Source: Balanoglossus misakiensis (Eukaryota; Animalia; Hemichordata). From it: a stretch of DNA of 64,000 nucleotides. Of this stretch, positions 1-11,100 are shown in pieces. The DNA lies in assembly GCA_040954595.2 (NCBI GenBank), contig CM082577.2:4464305-4528304 (forward strand), in the 5' to 3' direction. How positions within the stretch are numbered: position 1 is the first letter of the stretch; every line of letters begins with the position of its first letter. Both the position numbers and the translations under genes were made by a program. The notes beneath the pieces were generated by a model. That model worked only from the letters and a program-made list of their open reading frames with translations. It was not told where the DNA came from and made no database searches.

Positions 1-503
1 AATACGCAACATAATTTCATGTGGAGTATCGCCATACGTACACCGGCCGGTGACACTGTTTGTACTACGTTATGATAGAGCAGGCGTTATGTGTTATACG
101 CGCAGTTCGCTGTAGTGTCAAGGCAGGGTAATTATGTGAATATTAGAAAGATCCCGAAATAATTGCCTATTTACTTACTCTTGCAGTTGGTCGGTCGTCG
201 ACAGGGCGATAGCTGAGTGTAAATTTTTTGAGAAACAGTTGCACGCTTCCCCCGGTAGGCTGCGACCAATACACACCGCACGTATTAAAGCAACCTGCTC
301 TTAACGGTCACGTGACACCACAAGCTCGCTCGGTGCAGAGCGAGCGAGTGTACTGGCATAGGTCACGGTCGGAGTGACCGTCTACGGACCTTTCGTATTC
401 CAAAGTACGATCGTACCGCTAGCACAAACTTCGACCAACTTGTTTCTAAACACCAATTAATAGGTTATAGGTTATGTGATATAAATCATAGCTATGCAAA
501 ACC

Positions 504-588
504 GTGCACCAACTGAAAATCTGTGATTGGCTAGATCTCAATTTGCTATGGTAACAGTTGCTAAATTTACATAGGTGACTGTATACTT
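504..588. mobile_element. Right-end fragment of the Kolobok-like MITE family
   Basis: Aligns by eye with the right half of 49365-49538 (ACTGAAAATCTGTGATTGG.TAGATCTC...ATGGTAAC...GCTAAATTT...ATAGGTGAC.GTATAC.T). Followed by TTAA at 589-592. Confidence 0.75.
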
Positions 589-2157
589 TTAACATGTACC
601 GACAACTGAGTGCCAACGTAAACAAACGCAGCGTATTGCGCGATCAAAATGTTCACTTTCGATAGAATCGATCCCGTCCCAAATACATAAATTAGGCTGC
701 AACTAGACTGTCGACAGCCGTTCGTGTCGTCCTGGCCGTTGTTTCGCGTATATAAACTGTATAGTTTCACCTTCGGCGCACGATGTCGAAATCGCTCGTG
801 TGTGATATTGACTGCGTCGCTGTTGATAGACAACGAAGGGGTGAGCTACTGACAGACAAGGATGAAAAACATTATACGTTCACCAAGTTATTTCAGGCGG
901 TGGAGAATTCGTAGTGTATTTTCGGCGGACAAAAGAAAGGAACGCGAAACGTTGCGCGCTATTGTGCGTTTTTTATAGAACACGAAACAACAGATTTTCA
1001 AACAAAGTACAATATGCAGGCGGATATCAAGAAAGACAAGACTCGCTGTCGGAGAAGCATAAAAGCATACCTATAGGACATGGCGGAATAAAGTTAATGG
1101 AGTCGAGTCGTCCTGGCTGAGAATGCAGCTTGACAAATGAGTCCCCCGTAATTGCAACGAGATATCCTACCAGAAATTTTCCGCTTGTCGATTTGTACAC
1201 GCCGATGAAATTGTCAAACACACGTTAGATTCGAGTTCCGAAGTCTAACAACAAGAACTAACCCCACTAAACATGCTAAAGCTCGACCCGTATCAGGTTA
1301 GACAAAAGTAGGTCGTGTCAAAATTAAAATAGGGCAAGGTTGCGGTAAAATCGGGCAGACGATATCTCGTTATCTCTGTTCGACCTCGCAATCGGATGTC
1401 CAGGCATGCAGGGTTGGTAACATCATGTGTGAAATAGCGTGAGATGTATCACAAATACTGGTGCAACAGTCGAACTGCATTTTGATTCCTCAAATTAACG
1501 GACTACCTAGACCTGCCCCGAGCATATGAGCTAAATCATGTCCTAGTGAATTTAATAAATTTTAGAAATGGGATCGGTCGCGTAAGTCAAAACGTCTACT
1601 GTACAAGTGCTGCATGTTTAAATTACAGAAATGAATAGGAGAGGCCATTATGTGTTATGAAAGGAAATGTAATGGTGACACTGCACCCAAACGGTAACCT
1701 AAAAGATACATCAGATCTTATGATGTAATTGAGACCAGCTGAAAACTGAACTTCGATTTTCTCCTTTGTCGCCGCATGGCAACTCTTGTTATTCTTGCCT
1801 GCTGTGGACGATTTTTTTCCTAAGGTAATCCCTTCGGATTTCCAAAATCCCCCAGATCCCAGTATGTCACGTGGTGCATCACCTCTGGGTCCAGAACCGT
1901 AACTTTATCCAGGTATGAAGAACGGTGTGTTTGTGTGCGAACTATTACTTTTAGGATATTTTATCCGACTTTTGGGTAGGGATACATTTAGGTGGTGAGG
2001 TCCTTTGTCGAATGTCGAATAACCCCGGTAAGAGTACACCTGTGCCACGCAATACTGCAAAACGCTGGTGATACACTTTGACGTGACGTGCGAGACCGCC
2101 GCCAACAGTTGCGCCGTATTTGCGCTTGCCCTGCCACCCCCTTCAATTCACCGAAGC

Positions 2158-5100
2158 ATGGCTCGTTCAACTTCAGATGATGGTGCTCCTGTTGCTACGG
2201 GAGACGCGTTTGTGTTCTTCGTGAATGGAAGGAAGGTAAGATTGGATCCCTTCTGTTCTTCTGATGTTTAAGAGCTGCTGGAGGTCACGTAACACGAGCG
2301 ACGTGTCTACGTGTAAGCCAAATAGCTCACCACCTGTAACACGAAGTAGTACGCACTTGTGCTTTTCTGCTACCCTTTTCCATCGCAATTAATCCCTGTT
2401 CCAACCTCATGATCGTTGTAGGAACTCCAATCATATGAAATTGGTGGCAGTCTGTTAACGCGGGATGCACCTGATTTAAATTGTAGATTTTAAATCGTGG
2501 CCTTTTGACGGAAAAGTGTCGTAATGGAATTTGGTTTATGGGTAGATCAATGAGTATACTATTACTTGTTGTTTGGTATAGTATAGTATAGGTACACTTT
2601 TTCACAGATAGTTGACCATCACGTGGATCCTGGGGCGTCTCTGTTATCATACCTCAGAAGAAGGTGTATCCTTTTTTGTGGATTGAGGAAGGCCACGAAT
2701 TATATGGAAACGTTAGTGTTCTGGCCACTATCTTCTGTTTCATTGGATCTTACTTTAAAATGATAAGGGAATTCGATGTGTTGCGTGTATTTGATTCTCA
2801 GGTTTGGAATTCTCCATTGGCGTTATGTTCGCGTGTGCCACCCACTGAAAATCTTCCATGGCATACTGTCTACCTTTGATGTACATGTAAAATGACACTT
2901 GGGTGGCACGAGAAAGAAATATACTCGGGCGTTTCCTTGACAACATTACAGTACATTTAAAGGGAGCCAAATACAGCTGTGGTGAAGGCGGCTGTGGTGC
3001 ATGTACTGTCATGCTATCAAGATATGACAGTTTACAAAAGAAGATATTGTATCCACTTCAATTACATCTTGAACTACATGTAGTTACCTTAAACATGTGT
3101 TTGTTCGTTAGGGAATATACTTACTTGAAAGAAACTGGTGAACGATTAAAATGTCAATTTGTCATTTGCGATTTTCCTCTGACAATGTTGACATTAAGAC
3201 ACCATGCTATCAATGCCTGCTACACGCCAATCTGTGCTGTACATGGCATGGCCGTGACTACAGTGGAAGGAATCGGTTCAACAAGAACTAAACTGCATCC
3301 AGTACAGGTAGGCACAGTGCCGTTGCGTTTCTATACCCAGGTGAACAACCGTAAATTGAACGGGAAACCCAGCAAAATGATCACTGAGGCTTCTGTCCTT
3401 GCCCCCGACAGACAACAAAACGCAAATCAAAGTATTATATCTGTAACTTACCAGATGAACACAATTTACACACAATTATGCCAGTGTGAAAAATTCATGA
3501 CAGACTGGCTGGTTTTGATATCCTATATAGGAACGTCTTGCAAAGGCCCATGGGATACAGTGTGGATTCTGCACTCCCGGAATGGTAATGTCCATGTACA
3601 CACTGCTACGAAACAATCCGCAGCCACACAGTGCTGACATCCCGTATTCCCTGACTGGAAACTTGTGTCGATGCACAGGGTATCGGCCAATATTGGAAGG
3701 ACTACAAACATTCGCTAAGGTAACGAAGCATGCTATAAACATGAATTGTTTTTTTTGTTGCGGATGAACATTATCAGCAGAAAAGCAACACCTCAAGGCA
3801 AACATGAACGAACGTCAGACCAATGCATTCAGTTGCAGAACGCCCCAAAACATGTAGACAAATTGTTGATGGAAGTTATAACCTCATAGGTTATACATTT
3901 TATACCACCAAATGTGATGAACAGATTTGTGGATGAACTGTGTATGGGACCATATATGACGTACATATGCGTCAATTGGTGTTGCAATACGATCCATCAC
4001 AGCTGGATTGTATTTATGACCTGGGCCCCTCTTTCTTCCAGAACGGTTGCTGTGGAAACCCACCTGCGTGTCAGGGTCTAGGAGACGAAGACAGTGATGT
4101 GAGTGTAATCAAAATGAAATGAGAAAAATATGAAACATAATACAGATCCTATTGACAGCTATATCTTACTAAATTTATAAATTAACGATTTGAAAATTGT
4201 TTACCGTTAGGCTATTATACTTTCATGTTTCCACCTTGTGTTATAAGTGTCCATCTTCCTTTGTCTTTTTTCAGATGGTGTCTGGACTTTTCACACCGAG
4301 TGATTTTGCACCTTATGATCCAACGCAAGAACCTATATTTCCTCCCGAATTGCAGGTATTAAATTGCAACATAAACCACAGCTGACTTTGTTCAGCGTGA
4401 GACACGTGCTTTCTTGATTTGTATGTCAAAAGACATTTTCTCGTCAACCAACTACTTATTTGATTTTGAGGCTTTTGGTCCCGGATGATTGGTAGCATAT
4501 CCAACTTTACCACGGTTCGTCATCTTCATGGTTTAACCATTCTGCGTGCGTGCAATATCATAGCACATCAATTGGTGACTTTTGTTTCTCTGGTGGTCAT
4601 TTAGCTGGATGGCGGTTACTTTTCCAGACTTGCGAAGTTTACCAGCAAGTCAACGACGTGGATGCGCCCGACGACACTTAAGGACCTGCTGCGACTGAAG
4701 TCAGAAATGCCCAATGCGGTTCTTGTCGTTGGAAATGCTGAAGTCGGTAAGATCTATTGGTATTAGAGAGAATGGTTGATAGCAGAGGTATAATGTGTCA
4801 ATGCAATAATCTATACGAACATGTTCATGTGAAAGAGCGTTCATATGATGTTGATGTTTAGAATGCCACCATAAACAATGTCACATGAAAATACAGCTTA
4901 ACACTTTCTCCGAATGTCTGAAGGATTTGAGCCCAATATCAAAAAGATGCAACACAAGACTATGCTGTCAGTGTCGCACGTCACAGAACTGTGCCAAGTT
5001 GTTGTCGGTGATGACGCAGTCACCCTGGGATCGTCTGTTAAACTGAGTCACGTGTGTGAAGTGCTGGAGAAACGTGTTGAAGAACTACCAAGTGAGTAAA

Positions 5101-8100
5101 TCTTTACCACGAAAATAGGTCACTTTCTTGACCCCCATGTATGACCTTACGTCCTTGTACTTCCGGTCGCTGGTATGGGGTTGTAAACATTCAACATTTT
5201 GGTACAAGAAATGTGCACCAAATTTCTTGAAAAAGCTGTTGATTTTTGAAATCGCTTTTCAGGCTGTAATGGGCAAGTGTACGCGGAATTGCTGAAAATG
5301 CTTCATCTAGTTGGAGATTGTCAACTGAGGAATATGTCTGTAAGTGTTGAGCTCCTCAATCTCTTGAAATTGCCAGATATGAATTTAAACCCCACTACTC
5401 GACGTCATCACAGCAAATACAAATATATACGTATGTATTATAATTCTAAACTATCATTCACAGTGTTTTTTTTGCTTCCACAGGGAATTGGTAGTCACGT
5501 GATGTCAGCAAGTCCTTTGTCTGATATTATTCCTTTATTGATGGCGGCGGGAGCTACAGTATCTATCGCCTCTGTGAGGGGTCAGTGTCATCGTTCTTTG
5601 GCCCGTTTACAGTAGCGTGTTATAACCCGGCATTTCATTGGTGTTGCAGTCATCACATGTAAAGTAAAACTTTAACGACGCCCTGCTAAATCAAGAGAAG
5701 TGAATTGATTGGGAGTAAACCGAACTATTTATATCTTGTGTAGGAGTGTTTCTAGCCTACTGATTTTTTTTATCTTGTTTTGAGACAACTTTTCCAACAA
5801 ACTCTTTTAAATTGGACTTTATATTATGGTACACAAATAATCATCAATCAATTTTGCAGGAGGAAATCGTACCTTGCTGCTGGACAACTCCTTCTTCACC
5901 GGATACAGGAAAACGTGTTTGAGTCCAGATGAAATATTGGTATCCTTGAGTATACCCATTTCAGCAAAGGTTGGCTTCCTTTTTAACCTATTATAATCGC
6001 TTTAACAATCGCTATCAAAATGCCTTCTTTGAAATGTTAAGGTTTAAGATATCGCTGACAGGAAATTTCTCGTTTTTTTGTGCCAACAGTCCCAGCAACG
6101 CCATGCTCCCACTGTGTGCATGTACTTTATTTTGAGATTGGTTGGGCCCCAAGAACGGAATAAGTCAAATCTCACAATTTATATTCTCGCATCGAAAATA
6201 TGTGGCCAAATATCTTTTGGACCTCGATGTTAAGTTTTCACTTCTCACAATTAAGGTCGTCGTCTTTCTAATATTTCGTGCGTATAGAATGAATTCTTCG
6301 CCGGGTATAAGGTCCAAAAACTGGTGTCCCGCCGTGACGCAGACGTTGCCGTGGTAAATGCCGCTTTCAGAGTTCTGTTCGAGGAAAACACAGATGTTGT
6401 TAAGGAGGCTGCGCTGTGCTTTGGAGGAACTGGACCAACTGTTGTCTTGGCAACCAGTGTTGCGGAGAAAATGGTTGGAAGGTAAGGTTGTCTGTACATT
6501 ATGCGAATTTGTATGTACATGTACATTATTGGCAGAATAATAATACTGTTATTTTTGTATTTAATTTTCACAAGGACCTGGAATGAAAATCTCCTGCAGG
6601 ATGTCCAGCATATGCTAAGTACAGATATTCTGCTCTCTCCCAATGGCGGGATGGTTGAATACAGGAAATCGTTACTGCAGAGTTTCTTCTTTAAGTTCTA
6701 CCTGAAGGTGCAAAATGGTTTAAGTGATCGCGTGGTCAGTAGTAGTCTTTCCTTCATTGTTTACAGCATTTAGCTTTCTTCATAATTTAAATTATCGAAT
6801 AATTAATTATCGTCTTCATGAATGAATGTAAGCAATGGAAAGTCTTGTCTTTTCTTTTTGTTTCTGTCAACATGCTACCAGCATGCCAGCTATGCAGGGG
6901 GTTACAAGTCTGTTACAAGTGCTGACAAATCAGCAATATTGGACACAGAGAGACATGTAACCACGGGTACTCAACTTTATCAGGTAGGTCTTGGTGAAGT
7001 GTTGGTAGATTAGTTGACAGACAGACAGACAGACAAACAGACATGGTTTATTGCCAACCAGCAAACGAATGTAATTCCACCACGGTGTCAAAAAACTATG
7101 CACAAGTACAAACATCTAGTATTCCCGCCTTTTTAGGCTGTACCTGAAGAACAATCGACCACTGATCCAGTCGGACGCCCAGTGATGCATGACTCTGGAT
7201 TTCAGTTGGTGACTGGCGAAGCAGTCTTCTGTAATGATATACACGAAGAACCAGGTAACGTTGATGAGTACTAGTACTCCATCGTCATCCTCATAAAATT
7301 AGTTTCTGTCGCGGATTTTAATACATGCAAGATTAGTCAGAAGATTATCTACCCTGTCTGAACTTCTTTGTCAATATATCATCTGCGTTTGTGTGAGTTA
7401 GACGTGCACAATAAATTTATACCGTTATCTAATTTGTCGTCATTAGGCGAACTGCACATGGCCGTTGTGTTCAGCACTCGACCGAATGCCAAAATAATGT
7501 GAGTATGAATTAACATTGCGTATATGAGCTCATGTTTATTAAATGCTATTATTGTAGAGGGGATTTTGTTGGAAATGAATCATTATGAGATCAAATGCAA
7601 GGAAGCAATATATCAAGACAATTTGGAGAACAGTGCCCTGAGTGCTGCATTTTTTACTTTTTAACTGGAAAATGTCCATGGACTCTTTCTTCAGTTTAAT
7701 CTGCTCCAAAAGAACCAACGTCTCATTGCCTTCTGTTTAATCTGTCTCCTCGATAGCTCTGTTGACACATCAACCGCATTGTCATTGGATGGTGTCCACG
7801 GTTACGTAGATGCTGCAGATGTTCCCGGTAAGAACACGTGGGCTGGCCGAAATCCAGCTGATGAAGATACAGAAATCTTTGCCACAGACAAAGTAAGTTG
7901 TTGCAATGATGTCATGGCTGGAGTCCAGATATTTGCATTTGGGAATGTGTTGAGATAATCGTTAACCAGACATGGTCATGGGTGAATGAAATATTTGCAA
8001 CAATTTCAATTCAGGTTATTCATGTTGGCCAGCCTATTGGAGGGATACTTGCCGAGACACCAGAGTTGGCGCGCAAAGCGGTTAAACTTGTCAATGTTAT

Positions 8101-11100
8101 TTATGAAGACAAAGATTGCATTCTGACCATACAGGTAAGGGTCAGTGTATGTACCAGTCATTGTGTGATACATAGCCAAATTTTCTAGCGCCGCACATGA
8201 GGAGGTAAAGGTTTGGTTATGGTATACTGCTCGCCAGAGTTACTCCACTTGCATAAGAAATTGTGTCGCCACGCGAGATCTCGCAAGGTCTCTTGGAGGT
8301 CGGGAAATGGTCAATTGGAAATCAACACAAAGCATTATTACCATACAATGTATATGACCAGCAAAAGTCAATCGATTTTCATAGGACGCAATTAAACATA
8401 ACTCATTCTACCAACCTGCCCGGATGGTTGAAGAAGGAAATGTGGCGCTGGGACTAGAAACATCAGACCACGTGGTGGAAGGAGAAGTGTACGTTGGTGC
8501 TCAGAGCCATTTCTACATGGAGACACAGAGGTGCGTTGTCAAGCCAGGGGAGAAGGATGAAATGACAGTTTTGTCATCGACCCAGTGGCCAATGTATGTT
8601 CAGGTTAGTTGATATATATATTGGAACTTATAGTCACATTTCTGCTTTATTTAGCCAAAGGTATGAATGGAAAATATTTGTTTCGTATTCTCTTTTGACA
8701 GACACACGTGGCTGAAGCACTCGGCGTGTCTGCTAGCAAGGTCACTGTCAATGTTCGGAGAGTTGGCGGTGCGTTTGGCGGCAAGGAATACACACCAGCA
8801 TTCCTGGCGAAAATGTGTGCAGTTGCCGCCAAAAAGTGAGTAACCGACAAAATGTGTTAAAAACTGTTCAATTGCGATGGATGGCGTACTTGTCGTTGAT
8901 GATATACCTTTCTGATGATTTACATATTCTTGCAACCCAGATCAGGAAAACCTGTGCGTTTAATACTTGGAAGAGACGAGGATATGCAGTTTACTGGTAC
9001 CAGGCATTCCGCACTGGCAAGATACAAAGTTGGTTGCAGTCAGGATGGACTGCTGAGGGCGCTAGACGTGGAACTGTTCATGAATGCTGGCTGTACTGAA
9101 GGAGTGTCGATTGTGGTAGGCGATATATTTTTTTTGTAAATTTGAACAAATCTATATCAACACGTGCACTTTCTATCTTTTGCTACTTCGGTTGCAATTT
9201 ATATAGCCCTCTCCTACAAAGGCAATGAATGACTTTCTTCCGTACAATATACTTAGAGGTTTACATATAAATTGTTTTGGGCATTCTGATTAACTAAAAG
9301 GTGAGGGGCCAGAGTATTTGGAGGCATTTTCTTCCAACAACGATCATGCAACTCAAATGTTAATGTTATCTCAAATAAAACAGATAACCACAAAACCAGA
9401 TAAGAGCACAAAAAGGAGTAAATTTAACTCAATATAAGACTTCAGATGGCGTATTTTAACCTCTCTGTAGTTGTTTGGTATGGTATTCACACAACTGCAC
9501 AACGCCTACAAAATCCCTGCCTACAAGATTGCTGGCAAGATGTGCAAAACCAACATTTCATCTTGCATGCCGATGAGAGGCGCCGGTACACCGAAAGCTA
9601 TGGCAATCATTGAAATGATTATGGATGATGTTGCCCACAAGTCTGGAATTCCCCGCGAAAAGGTAACTTACCGATTTTTCTGTTTTGTATGGACCAAAAT
9701 CATTAAATTCTCACCATCTACATTTATACACGTATACATTCTTTACAAATCGAAACGGTCTTCTGAGATTCACACGACCTTTTACCTCATATAGAAAGAC
9801 AACTACGCTCTTATACTAATCACTTTGGAATTTTCACTGATAGCTACGTGAAATGAATTTATACAAGGAGGGCGATGTGAATAATCTATACCAAGAACTC
9901 CCAGATATCGTTAACTTGCGAAGATGCTGGGATGAATGCCTTAAGAGAAGTGACTATTCCAAACGCAGAACAGAGATTGATAATTTCAACAGGTAAGCAT
10001 ATAACTGAAGCTAAAACCATACCTTTTTTAATTTGCTACAGATGCGGTAATGACCTCGTCCCATTATTGTGTTAAAAGACATAGGACAGTTTCATGAAAT
10101 TTTATTACTAAATTGTACAATGTTAACCATACATGTGTGTATTTTCATAATACGGGAGCGCGTTAAGTGCATATTTTAACTGGCAGGTGTATACACATTC
10201 TGTTTCCAGTGCAAATCGTTGGAAGAAAAGGGGTCTAGCTATTCTACCGCTGAAGCGAGTCCTGGGATTACCAGTGTCTACTTATAACCAGGTACATGTA
10301 ATTATCTTTCACCAAAAAGTTTTTCTTTTGCACTGAGAAAGTTTTTTTTTCATCTTTGCGAGCTTGTCTCGATTGAGCAGGACATATTGAAAAGTTGCTT
10401 AACAAGAATGATTAATGTGTATGTTCAACGTTTGAAGGCCACCTCGCTCGTTCTAATCTACCCGGATGGGTCTGTGCTGATCAGTCATGGCGGCGTCGAA
10501 CTGGGGCAGGGACTGCACACCAAGATTGCGCAGATTGCCAGCCGCGCCCTGCGCATACCTCCAGAACTCGTGCACATCAAGGAGACCAGCACTGATAAGG
10601 CGCCAAACAATTCAGCAACAGCCGGCTCGGCGGGAACTGACTTGCAAGGAAATTCTGTGAAGGTGAGGCAATCATCTACCTGTAGGAGTTTTTGTGTTTT
10701 ACATCATTTTGTTGATTATATGAGAATCTTTGTAAACTGGCCGAGACAGAACCTTGCACACTGTGTGCGTGGTATCTGAATTACAAGCTTGTTGCAAAGC
10801 GATAACTAGTAGATTCAAGACAGGATTTAATTTTGTATTTATAAATATAGATGCATTCATGTATTATAATTAACCATGACTAATACCTGATTTCGTTACC
10901 TTTGTCTGCTGACATCACAGAACGCTTGTGAAATCCTGCTAAATAGATTGGAGCCATTTATACATGAGAAGCCTAAGGGGTCCTGGAAGGACTGGGTAGG
11001 TAGCGTAGAGCTGTGCAATTCCTCGCTAGGGGGTCATATTACATTATAATAATTGCATTGTGGGTAAAAAGGTCGACATTTTAGAGCTGCAAAATTTCTA

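Noticed and set aside
2903-3637. 244-aa ORF as a stand-alone gene
   Set aside because: It is XDH-like exons 3 and 4 read through introns; exon 5 is in a different frame.
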